From the NCBI GenBank assembly GCA_030838385.1, contig JAUTWX010000158.1, positions 1 to 44,064 of the forward strand: a stretch of 44,064 nucleotides of DNA, in the 5' to 3' direction. The notes under the pieces are model-generated. The model saw only the letters and a program-made list of their open reading frames with translations. It ran no database searches and was not told where the DNA came from. Below are positions 1-8,921 of the stretch, piece after piece. The position numbers and the translations under genes are program-made. Every line of letters starts with the position of its first letter. The first letter of the stretch is position 1. This DNA is from Acidobacteriaceae bacterium (GTDB lineage: Bacteria > Acidobacteriota > Terriglobia > Terriglobales > Acidobacteriaceae).

Positions 1-818
1 ATGGAGTCGACGCCGGCCTCGCTGGCCCACAGGATGCCCTGCGCTCCGTGGGCGTGAGCCGCCACTTTGCGGCCCAGGCGATGAGCATCGGCGACGATGG
101 CCTGCATCTCTTCGAGCGTGTACTGGCAGGCCTGCGGATCATCGCCCTTGGAGAGCACGCCGCCGGTGGCGCCGATCTTGATCAGGTCCGCGCCGTACTT
201 GATGTTCTCGCGTACCTTGTGCTGCACCGCGGGAATGCCGTCGGCCACGCCGTCCTCGGTCACGTGATAGGACTCCGGCAGCAGGTTGATGTCCATGTGG
301 CCGCCGGTGATGCTGAGGGCGGGCCCGCTGACCTGCATGTGCGGCCCTTCGATGAGCCCTTCGTTGACGGCATCGCGCAGATCGACATCGGCAAAGCCGT
401 CGGCTCCCACGTTGCGCACCGTGGTGATGCCGGCTTCGAGCGTCACCTTCGCATTGCGCGCGCCAATGAGAGCGCTCTTGGCGACGCTGGTCGAGAGCTC
501 GTGGTAAGGATCGAAGTTCGAGTCATTGGTGAGATGGGTGTGCACATCGATCATGCCGGGGAGCAACGTGGCATTGCCCAGATCGATGACGGTGTCGCCC
601 GGCTGCGCCTGCACTTGCGAGGTAGGCTGTACGGCGACGACGCGATCGCCGGAGACGACGAGGGTTTGCGCATCCAGCAAGCGGCCGGCATGTACATCCA
701 CCAGATGCCCGGCCCGCACCAGCGTCCGCGCCGCCGGCTGCGGCTGTGATTGAGCGATGCAGATGGCGGGGAGGCTAAGGACAAACAGCGAGAGCAGCAG
801 GGACGAGCGATGGGACAC
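1..818 (-). CDS. Secreted metal-dependent amidohydrolase (Xaa-Pro dipeptidase-like), runs off the window start
   Basis: Manual translation from GTG at 818, with GGAGG SD upstream, gives a signal peptide then LLPGMIDVHTHL (HxH), GITTVRNVG, GADLIKIGATGGV and KVAAHAHG. Not in the ORF track because it has no stop in the window; the + ORF 48..749 is its antisense shadow. Confidence 0.9.
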   Translation of the reverse strand, partial: MSHRSSLLLSLFVLSLPAICIAQSQPQPAARTLVRAGHLVDVHAGRLLDAQTLVVSGDRVVAVQPTSQVQAQPGDTVIDLGNATLLPGMIDVHTHLTNDSNFDPYHELSTSVAKSALIGARNAKVTLEAGITTVRNVGADGFADVDLRDAVNEGLIEGPHMQVSGPALSITGGHMDINLLPESYHVTEDGVADGIPAVQHKVRENIKYGADLIKIGATGGVLSKGDDPQACQYTLEEMQAIVADAHRLGRKVAAHAHGAQGILWASEAGVDS

Positions 819-882
819 GTGCAGCCTCCGAAAATGGTCCAGTGCAGGCAGAGCTCGAATCGACGCGGGGGAATACAGGGCG

Positions 883-1983
883 CTACTGTGCGCCCTTCTT
901 GAAGATTCCTTCGGCGTAGTAGTTCTCGACGTGTGCCTGATCGCGCAGCATCTCATCGTATGCGTTGCGCAGAAGCTGGGAGCGGCTGTCTCGCAGTTGG
1001 CCGCGGATAGTCTGTTGCACGCGCGGGTCATTCAGCTCATATTGGCCGGCGGCTTCTTTGTCGAGAAGCTTATAGATCGCGTAGCCGTTTGCTTTGTGGC
1101 TCTGGTCGTAGACAGGAACGACGTCGGTGATCTGACCGGCCCTGAGCTTGCTGATTGCAGCGAAGACAGCACTATCCTGCCGTAGCTGCGATTCCGTAAG
1201 GCGCCCCATGTCGCCGCCGCTGCTGGCGGTCGAGGACTGTTGGCTGAACTGCGAGGCGAGTGCGCCGAAGTCATCGCCGCTTTCCAGCCGGGTATGCAGT
1301 GCCTCGATCTTCTTCTTCGCTTCTGCGTCGGTGTTGCCCCTGGCGGCCTGCATGTTGCCGGCCTGCTGCGTCGGGACGGCGGAGACGACGATCTCCGCCA
1401 GATGATATTCAGGCTCAACCAGATTGAAGAGGGACTTGTTCGCGTTGTAGTACGCGGTGATGTCCGCGTCCGTGATGTTGATCTTGGAGAAGATCTCCTT
1501 GTTCATCAGCTTTTCGTTCGTGAGTCCCCGCCGGATGTCGTGCTTCAGATCGTCCAGCGTCATGTTCTTCGCCTTGAGCTGACGATTGAACTCCTCCTGG
1601 GTGAAAGGAGCCTTGATTTCGGCGAGCTTAGCGTCTACCTCTTCGTCGGTGGCGACGAGGTTGAGTTTGGCAGCACGCTGCTGCTTGATGTCGTCGTCGA
1701 CGAGATTGCGCAGAATTTCCAGGTGAGCGATCTGGGACTGGATCGGCGACGGCTGCTGGGGGTTGTTCCCGATATTGGAGCGGTAATAGCGCTCCAGCGT
1801 GGCCTGGTCGATGGGGTGGCCGTTGACGGTGGCAACCACGTCGGGCTGATGCGGACGGTTGCAGCCCGCGGTGAGCATCAGACACACGAGACCCAGTGGG
1901 AGACCGGGGGTGAGCCAGCAGGTGGAACGGCGGAACGGGGAGGCTAGAGCGGGTCGGGATGCAATCGATGGAACTTCTGGCAC
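883..1983 (-). CDS. surA: SurA-like periplasmic chaperone / PpiC-type peptidyl-prolyl isomerase (probable lipoprotein)
   Basis: LTAGC lipobox-like; VVATVNGHPI SurA N-terminus; parvulin motifs YHLAEIVV and DFGALASQFS...GGDMG; downstream of lptD. Confidence 0.8.
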   Translation of the reverse strand: MPEVPSIASRPALASPFRRSTCWLTPGLPLGLVCLMLTAGCNRPHQPDVVATVNGHPIDQATLERYYRSNIGNNPQQPSPIQSQIAHLEILRNLVDDDIKQQRAAKLNLVATDEEVDAKLAEIKAPFTQEEFNRQLKAKNMTLDDLKHDIRRGLTNEKLMNKEIFSKINITDADITAYYNANKSLFNLVEPEYHLAEIVVSAVPTQQAGNMQAARGNTDAEAKKKIEALHTRLESGDDFGALASQFSQQSSTASSGGDMGRLTESQLRQDSAVFAAISKLRAGQITDVVPVYDQSHKANGYAIYKLLDKEAAGQYELNDPRVQQTIRGQLRDSRSQLLRNAYDEMLRDQAHVENYYAEGIFKKGAQ

Positions 1984-2147
1984 TCGGTCTCCTTCGAGAG
2001 GCGCTCCGGCGCGGCGCGCATCTCACCGGCTCGTGCAGTGGGCGCGGCGTCGGCTCACCAAGCTTATCGTATCTCCCAGTGCGTGTTCGCATTGCGGCGG
2101 GCTGGGTTGGTGCGAGTGCCTTTACCAGCTAAGGCTATGGGAATCCG

Positions 2148-3107
2148 CTATCGGGACGGAGCCGGAGCCGGGGCCGGGGTTGGCGGAGTTGCCGGCGGCG
2201 CTGCGTCCGTCCGTTCCGGGGGCGTGATGCCATCCGCCTTCAATGCGCGATCGATGGCGTCCCACACCGCCGCTGTCGGCTGGGCACCGGCGGCGATGCG
2301 CTCTCCGTCCACGAAAACCTGAGGCGTGCCATCGATGCCGAGCCTCTCCCCTTCATGCATGGAGGCGCGGACGCCGGATTCGTCCTGCTTGGCGATACAC
2401 GCATCCAGCTTCGTATCGTTCAGGCCGACCTTCTTGCCGATGGCACGCACCTGCCCGTCCAGCGTGGCGAAGGACTGCTTCGCGTCGTCGTGGTTGCCGT
2501 CGATCTCATGGCCGTGGCTGTGGGTGTAATCGACGAACTGCCAGTAGGCGTCGCCATTCTGGTCGCCCAGGCAGTTGGCATCCACAGCAGCGTGCATTGC
2601 CCAGGGGTGAATCTCGACCAGCGGGAAGTCCTTGTAGACGAAGCGCACCAGGTCCTTGTAGTGATCGAGCGTGACGGGAAACAGCTCCTCGTGCATGCGG
2701 GCGCAATAGGGGCACTCGAGATCGTCGTAGTTGACGATGGTGACTTTCGCGCCGGGATTGCCGCGCATCGGCCGATGGTCAAGCGAATAGACGGACTGCG
2801 GGTCCTTGCTGATGTCGAACTTCTCCAGCCGCGCCAGCGTGTTGCCGTCCTTGGAGAGCAGAAAGGTGACGGTGGTCTGCTTGCCATTGTGCGAGAAGCT
2901 GACAGGCAGGTTGTCGAATCCGGGGATGTCGCTCTTTGTCTTGCCGCCCAGGGAGATGTCGTAGTTCGAAGGCACGTTGAACTGCGAGCGCACCAGCACC
3001 TCAATGCGGCGCTCTACCGAGGCATTGGGAGGAGGGGTCTGGGCCCGGCAGCCGAGAGTGACGATTGCGGCCAGAGCACAGGTGAGGACAAGTTGGGAAC
3101 GGAACAA
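2148..3107 (-). CDS. DsbA/thioredoxin-fold disulfide oxidoreductase (probable lipoprotein)
   Basis: VTLGC lipobox-like; VTIVNYDDLECPYC (CxxC); YKDFPL..H; GIDGTP cis-Pro loop. Confidence 0.9.
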   Translation of the reverse strand: MFRSQLVLTCALAAIVTLGCRAQTPPPNASVERRIEVLVRSQFNVPSNYDISLGGKTKSDIPGFDNLPVSFSHNGKQTTVTFLLSKDGNTLARLEKFDISKDPQSVYSLDHRPMRGNPGAKVTIVNYDDLECPYCARMHEELFPVTLDHYKDLVRFVYKDFPLVEIHPWAMHAAVDANCLGDQNGDAYWQFVDYTHSHGHEIDGNHDDAKQSFATLDGQVRAIGKKVGLNDTKLDACIAKQDESGVRASMHEGERLGIDGTPQVFVDGERIAAGAQPTAAVWDAIDRALKADGITPPERTDAAPPATPPTPAPAPAPSR

Positions 3108-3213
3108 ACAAACCGCCTTTCACTCGAGGACGACGAGCCTTCCCATTATCGCAGGCCGCGATGGGCGCGGGCGAATGGCATAGCGGAGACCCGATTGCCG
3201 ACCCGATCTGGGC

Positions 3214-5754
3214 TTAGTAGATCAACTGGGACCGGTTGATATTGCCGGCGGTGCCGATCCCGGCGAGCGTGAAGTTGAAGCTCTCGTAGTTCTCATTGCG
3301 CTCTGCGCCAAGGGCGAGACGCCGGTATTCCACAGTGAGGCCGCAACAGTTCCAGTTGTAGCTGGTCTGCACGCCTCCGTACTGCAGCGCATCCTGGTTC
3401 AAATCATAGCCCAGGTTGACGCCGCTGCTGAAGCCCGTCTTGGTGCCGGCGCCGTAGCCGAGCGTGGCGCGGATCTGCTCATAGTTGGTGACCGACGAGG
3501 GCATCGCAGGCGTCGGGACGGTGCTGGGATTCAAGGCATCCAGGCGTGCCCCGCTGATGGTGCCAAAGAAGCCCGCGTGACGAACGTCGGCATAGACATT
3601 GCTGCCGTTGATACGGCCGGCGTGGGGATCGTAATCGACATCCCAGCCGAAGGACAGCGTCTGGTTGGTGCGCAGCTCCAGCCGCGAGATGAGCGGCGAG
3701 TAATCGCGTGGTCCTGCGAGAAAGGAGATGCCGGTGAGGTCCAGCGTGGTGGCCAGCACGTTGCGCCGGTTGTCGAAGACCGCGCCGCCGAAGTTGGGAT
3801 CAAAGTAGTGCTTCTGCGCCAGGGTCCAACTGAGGGATTCGCTGGTGTCTGTGTTGGAGCAGTCGTGATAGCCAGTCGGCAGGTACACGCGGCCGTAGCC
3901 TTCGGGAGGGAGTGGCGCATTGCCGCAGGGCTTCGGGTGCAATTTCTTTAGATAGAAGTGCTGGGTGACGGAATATTCGATTTCGTTGGTGTCGCTGACC
4001 AGATCCGTGGGATCGAAGCGCAGGATGTTGCGGAAGTTGTTGATGCCGGAAATGAACTGATAGTGGGCCTCGGGCTCGATAGTATGGCGCAGCATGCGAT
4101 CGAAGTGTGCGAGCCACGCCGGCGCAAAATCGCGCTCCATCACCGGGGCTCGCAGCTCGATGCCGGCTTCCACATCCTTGCGGTTCAGACTGGCCGAGCG
4201 ATAGACGGGCACAAAGCTCTGGGTGATTGGATCGCGAATGAAGGTGGGCGCCTGGCTTTTGGTGTAGAAGGATTCGCGTACGGCCACTTCGGGTCGGATA
4301 TCGAAGCTGCCCAGGTGGAACGCCGCCGAAAGTCCCGGATGAACGTCGGCGCGGCCTACCTCGTGGGCGGTCTCGAAGCCCGGCTCATGCCGGTTGAGCC
4401 CTGCCACGCTGCCATACGCGCTCCACAGCAACCAGGTGCCGGCGAGTGGACGCTCCACTGAGGTGACGTCGATGGTCGGCAGATGGGCGATTACCACGTC
4501 TTCGATGAAGGGGCTCACCTGCGCGTAGTTGATATAGCGGTTGAAGCTGCCCGTCTCCGAGACGCCGCCGCTGTTGTGCGTGAGATAGATGCTCGAGTTC
4601 ACCTGCGTCGCTGTGGCCTGAGAGAAGCTTTCCGCAAAGGCCTCGCGATAGATGATCGAGCTCAGGTATTCGGCATTGCTGACCAGGCGGGTGTGGGCGC
4701 CGAGGCCATGCCGGCCGTTGATAAAGATGTCCTGGCCGCCCTGGTTGGTGAGCGTGGTGCCGAGCAGGATGCCGCGGTCGAAGAGCGCGGTGAAGCGGAT
4801 GTCAGCGAAATCGTCTCCATGACCTCGGTAGCGGAACTCGCCGCTGGGCGCCCAGCCACGTTTGGAGTAATAGTCAGTGCCGATAGTCAGGTCCATGCTG
4901 CGGTTCAGCGCCAGATAGTACTGCTCGCCGAAGACGCTGCCCTTGGTGCTGGACTGTGAGAAGACCGGGATCAGGAACCCCGATTGCCGGTCCGACGACA
5001 TGACGGGATGGGTGACGTAGGGCAGATAAACGATCGGGATGTTCAGGATGCGAAACAGCGCATTGCGCGCGCTCGCCTGACCATCCGCCATGTCGATGCG
5101 TCCAGCCGCGATGACCCAGTCCGGATGGGGCAGGCGGCAGGAGGTCATGGTGCCGTCGATGACCCGGAACTTCTCGGGTCCAGTCTTGATGACAACGCGG
5201 CCAGTGAAGAGAAACGGGTTGGTCGTGGTGTAGATGACCTTCTTGCGGCTGACGTTCTCGCGCACGCCCACGCTGCCGGTCACGTTGTAGAAGCGGCCGG
5301 TGTCGAGATCGAGGTTGAGAGTGGCGTGATCGGCGAGGATGTGCTCGTCTGCCGGGCCGCCATCGAGCTCCACATGGCCTTCGGCGCGCGCTTCGCCGGT
5401 ATCTTCGTTGTAGTTCATCCTGGCGGCGTGAACCACGTAGTCCTTGTAGCGGACCTCGACATCGCCGAGCAGCGTGTAGACAGGCCCGTCCTTTCGCTGC
5501 GTGTTCGCTGCGATGTGAACCGGAACCAGCGCTTTGCCGGAACCGGGGACTGGCTCCAGTCGCGGCAGCTCGTCCGCGTCCGGTACGTCGGGCAGCGCGG
5601 CGGATGCGGATGCAGGCGCGGAGGATGGTTGCGTCTGCTGTGCCGGTACCGCGCTTGATTCCGGGTGCCCGGTCTGCCACGCCCAAAGTGCAAGCTGCGG
5701 ATGACACAGCCACACCACCGTGATACATAAAAAACTGCGCAGGTTCTTCGGCAC
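3214..5754 (-). CDS. lptD: LPS assembly outer-membrane protein LptD
   Basis: OstA-like N-terminal domain, TSC..P.PDW, PIVYLPY...RQSGFLIP, beta-barrel, C-terminal YNWNCCG. Start set at GTG 5754 (signal-peptide-like; ORF track extends to 5922). Confidence 0.9.
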   Translation of the reverse strand: MPKNLRSFLCITVVWLCHPQLALWAWQTGHPESSAVPAQQTQPSSAPASASAALPDVPDADELPRLEPVPGSGKALVPVHIAANTQRKDGPVYTLLGDVEVRYKDYVVHAARMNYNEDTGEARAEGHVELDGGPADEHILADHATLNLDLDTGRFYNVTGSVGVRENVSRKKVIYTTTNPFLFTGRVVIKTGPEKFRVIDGTMTSCRLPHPDWVIAAGRIDMADGQASARNALFRILNIPIVYLPYVTHPVMSSDRQSGFLIPVFSQSSTKGSVFGEQYYLALNRSMDLTIGTDYYSKRGWAPSGEFRYRGHGDDFADIRFTALFDRGILLGTTLTNQGGQDIFINGRHGLGAHTRLVSNAEYLSSIIYREAFAESFSQATATQVNSSIYLTHNSGGVSETGSFNRYINYAQVSPFIEDVVIAHLPTIDVTSVERPLAGTWLLWSAYGSVAGLNRHEPGFETAHEVGRADVHPGLSAAFHLGSFDIRPEVAVRESFYTKSQAPTFIRDPITQSFVPVYRSASLNRKDVEAGIELRAPVMERDFAPAWLAHFDRMLRHTIEPEAHYQFISGINNFRNILRFDPTDLVSDTNEIEYSVTQHFYLKKLHPKPCGNAPLPPEGYGRVYLPTGYHDCSNTDTSESLSWTLAQKHYFDPNFGGAVFDNRRNVLATTLDLTGISFLAGPRDYSPLISRLELRTNQTLSFGWDVDYDPHAGRINGSNVYADVRHAGFFGTISGARLDALNPSTVPTPAMPSSVTNYEQIRATLGYGAGTKTGFSSGVNLGYDLNQDALQYGGVQTSYNWNCCGLTVEYRRLALGAERNENYESFNFTLAGIGTAGNINRSQLIY

Positions 5755-5955
5755 GGGCAAGGCCAGAATAGCAAAGGCGATGCTTGCTTCGAATTGCGAA
5801 CAACCGCGCAGCTCTGGCTCGGCCATGCCGCATCTTCGCCGTTTGTCGCGATGATCCGGCGTGGCTTCTTCCGTTTCTCTGCGTATCGCAGGCGGCGAGG
5901 GACGCGCGGGAGCGCAGGACATGCATGGGCGCAGCGGGTCAATGAGGCCGAAGCA

Positions 5956-7236
5956 ATGACGCCCGAAGCAGTAACATCGGAAGCAGGGACGAGAGCGATG
6001 GCCAAATTCGTGCCGGATGATGTGCCGGCGTGGAAGACTGAGCTAACGGAGAAGTTGGCTGCCAGCCGCGCACGCCGGTCGGGCCGCGGCACCAATCAAC
6101 CTCGTCTGCCGCTGGAACACCGTTCCAGCGATGCCGAAGAGCCCGGACGTGTCAATGTCGCTGCAGCGGTAGCGGCGCGTTATGCGGGGCGGCCGAGCTA
6201 TCGCGAGGTGCTGGAGCGCGAAGCCGAGGAGGCCGCGCTGGCGGCGGAGCAGGCGCTGGTGGCGGCGCAGGCCGCGCAGGAAGCAGTGCGTCGCCGCATG
6301 GAAGATGCGCGCCTCGCGGAGGCAGCCGCTGCCGAAGCGCGCGAGGCGGAGGAGCAGTTGCGCGTGGAGCAGGAACGCGTGGAGCGCGAAAGCGTCGAAG
6401 TGCGCTATGAAGTGGACGAGCGCACGCGCCGCCAGATGCAGGCGCATGAGGCGCGCCGGTCGGCGCGAGTGCCGCAGTCATCGCATCTGCCAACTCCGCC
6501 GCAGATGCCGCAGATCTGGGATCCGCTGGAAGAGGAGACGGTGACGCCGGCGATTCCGCTGACGGCAAATCTGATCGAGTTTCCGCGCGAGCTGGTGGCG
6601 GCGCGCAAGGCGCGTCCACGGCTGGCGGAGGGGCCGCTGCGCGACGCCGAGCCCCAGTCCGGACAGCTGCGCATCTTCGAGGTGGAACCGGAGGCGATCG
6701 ATCACCGCCCGGGAATGACCGCGGCGGCTGCAGGACTCGACTGGTCGTCGATCCGGCTGGATACTCCGACGCCGGAGCGCGCTGCGCGCATTGCGCGGGC
6801 CGCTGCGGAAGCGGAAGAGGCTCCGATCCGGCCGGCCGCGCTGGAAGATCGCATCATGGCGGCGCTGGTAGATGCCGCTCTCAGCTTCGCCGGCTTCCTG
6901 ATTTTTGTCTTTGTCTTCAGCTCGTGCACGGCCCATCCGCCGGCAGGCAGGACGGCCCTGGCGGCTGGCTCGCTGGCGATGGTGGTGACCTTCGCCGCCT
7001 ACCAGTGGCTGTTCTTCCGCTTCGGCGAAAGCACGCCGGGCATGACCTACGCGCGCATCGCACTGTGCACGATCGATGACGACAATCCCACACGGCAGGC
7101 GATGCAGCGGCGCGTGGGCGCCCTGCTGCTTTCTGCCCTGCCCCTGGGTCTTGGGCTGCTATGGGCGATCTTCGACGAAGACCAGCTAGGCTGGCATGAC
7201 CGGATCAGCGGGACGTATCAGCGGTCGTATAAGTGA
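5956..7236 (+). CDS. RDD-family membrane protein with a long N-terminal coiled-coil/low-complexity region
   Basis: C-terminal RIMAALVD...TPG...WAIFDEDQLGWHDRISGT is an RDD signature. Start uncertain (ORF open from 5794). Confidence 0.8.
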   Translation: MTPEAVTSEAGTRAMAKFVPDDVPAWKTELTEKLAASRARRSGRGTNQPRLPLEHRSSDAEEPGRVNVAAAVAARYAGRPSYREVLEREAEEAALAAEQALVAAQAAQEAVRRRMEDARLAEAAAAEAREAEEQLRVEQERVERESVEVRYEVDERTRRQMQAHEARRSARVPQSSHLPTPPQMPQIWDPLEEETVTPAIPLTANLIEFPRELVAARKARPRLAEGPLRDAEPQSGQLRIFEVEPEAIDHRPGMTAAAAGLDWSSIRLDTPTPERAARIARAAAEAEEAPIRPAALEDRIMAALVDAALSFAGFLIFVFVFSSCTAHPPAGRTALAAGSLAMVVTFAAYQWLFFRFGESTPGMTYARIALCTIDDDNPTRQAMQRRVGALLLSALPLGLGLLWAIFDEDQLGWHDRISGTYQRSYK

Positions 7237-7343
7237 TACACCGCTTTGCCTTGCGATATACAGCTTCGTATAAGTGAAACTTCGCTTCGCCGCGCTGGAG
7301 ATGACTTTGCTTGTCCGCTCCAGCCTGTGATCGAATTGTCGCG

Positions 7344-8780
7344 ATGAACCGGCGTCGCTTCCTCTCCCTCTCTGCACTTGGCACGGCTGCGCTGCACCCC
7401 GCATCCCAACTGCTTGCGCAAGCTGCTCCTTTGCCCGTCACGGTGACGCTCGGCAAGCCGACCGGGCGTCACATTGCCGAGGACTTCACCGGCCTCAGTT
7501 ATGAGTCGGCGCAGCTCAGTGATCCCGATTTCTTCGCGGGGGATAACAAGCAGCTCATCGAATTGGTGAGCGGACTGGGCCAGCATGGCGTGTTACGGAT
7601 TGGCGGCAACACCAGCGAATACTGCTTCTGGAAGTCCGATCCGCAGGCGCATGGGGTCTCGGCCAATCCGATTCAGGAGGCGCTGGGACCGGACAAAGGC
7701 AACAAGGCGCCGCCGCGCCGGGTGATCACCGAACAGGCCATTCACAATCTGCGCGAGTTTCTCGACCGGCTGCCCGGATGGTCGCTGATTTACGGATTGA
7801 ATCTCGGACTGGGCACACCGGAGATGGCGGCCGAGGAGGCCGCGTTCGTCTCCCGGGCGATGGGCGCGAAGCTGCTGGCTTTCCAGATGGCGAACGAGCC
7901 CGATCTGTTTTTCAAGAATGGGCTGCGGCCGCAGAGCTACAACACGGAGCAATTCATCGGCGAATGGCGGCGATTCTTTGAAGCGGTGCGGAAGCGCGTG
8001 CCCGATGCGCCCTTCGCCGGGCCTGACACTGCTTTCAACAACGAGTGGCTGGTGCCGTTCGCAAAGGCGTTTCGCAACGATGTGAAGTTCGTCTCCTCGC
8101 ATTACTACGCGGAAGGTCCGCCGAGCGATCCGGCGATGGATATGGCGCGGCTGCTGCGTCCGGATCCGAAACTGGAGCGCGAGTTCGCCGGACTACAGCA
8201 GGTGACGAAGGAGACGGGGCTGCCCTTCCGGCTGGCGGAAACCAACTCCTGCTATGGCGGCGGCAAGGAGGGCGTCAGCGATACATTTGCGTCTGCCCTG
8301 TGGGGTGCGGACTACATGTTCCGTATCGCGCAGGCCGGTGGCATCGGGGTGAACTTCCACGGCGGCGGCTACGGCTGGTACGCGCCGATCGCGGGCGCGC
8401 GGGCGAAGGGCTTTGAGGCACGGCCACTGTATTACGGCATGAGGCTGTTTCGCGAGGCGTCACCGGGAGAGTTACTGGAGACGAGCCTGAGCACGGCGCC
8501 CGATGGGCTGCGTGTCTATGCTGTGCAGCGCGCCGATGGACACGTGACGCTGACGGCACTCAACCTCAGCGTGGACCATGCCATCGATCTTGCGTTGGAC
8601 CACAAGCTCGCCGGCATGCAATTGATTCGGCTGGAAGCGCCCAGCGCGGCTGCGAAAACGGGTGAGACGCTGGGCGGCGCGGCGATCGGAGCGAACGGCG
8701 ACTGGCACGCGAGCTCGCATGAGACTGGGGGCGGGCGCCTGCATCTGCCGGTTGCGAGTGGCGCGCTGATCTATTCCTAA
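7344..8780 (+). CDS. Tat-exported glycoside hydrolase family 79 (beta-glucuronidase-like)
   Basis: MNRRRFL Tat motif; GLSYE, LRIGGNTSE, NEPD (acid/base), LAETNS (nucleophile), GVSDTFASALW. Confidence 0.88.
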   Translation: MNRRRFLSLSALGTAALHPASQLLAQAAPLPVTVTLGKPTGRHIAEDFTGLSYESAQLSDPDFFAGDNKQLIELVSGLGQHGVLRIGGNTSEYCFWKSDPQAHGVSANPIQEALGPDKGNKAPPRRVITEQAIHNLREFLDRLPGWSLIYGLNLGLGTPEMAAEEAAFVSRAMGAKLLAFQMANEPDLFFKNGLRPQSYNTEQFIGEWRRFFEAVRKRVPDAPFAGPDTAFNNEWLVPFAKAFRNDVKFVSSHYYAEGPPSDPAMDMARLLRPDPKLEREFAGLQQVTKETGLPFRLAETNSCYGGGKEGVSDTFASALWGADYMFRIAQAGGIGVNFHGGGYGWYAPIAGARAKGFEARPLYYGMRLFREASPGELLETSLSTAPDGLRVYAVQRADGHVTLTALNLSVDHAIDLALDHKLAGMQLIRLEAPSAAAKTGETLGGAAIGANGDWHASSHETGGGRLHLPVASGALIYS

Positions 8781-8851
8781 CGCGGTTGTATCTGTAGGGC
8801 TACAGCCCCGTTGGTTGAGCGGCGCTTCGCGCCGATATTGAAGGGAAGGTA

Positions 8852-8895
8852 CAGCAGGTCCTTCACTCCACCTTCGGTTACGTTCAGGATGACAA
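8852..8895. repeat. REP-like intergenic palindromic repeat, copy 1 (GCAGGTCCTTC...CAGGATGACA)
   Basis: Related sequences at 33040-33068, 34252-34289 and 34325-34347; lies between convergent genes. Confidence 0.65.
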
Positions 8896-8921
8896 CCTAA
8901 CGCAAGAAGCAACTCAACGCG

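Noticed and set aside
48-749. 233-aa + strand ORF, and other long ORFs such as 2355..3239, 20063..21013, 22847..24049, 29448..30494, 34935..35708 and 40136..41275
   Set aside because: Antisense shadows of motif-supported genes on the opposite strand, expected in high-GC DNA.
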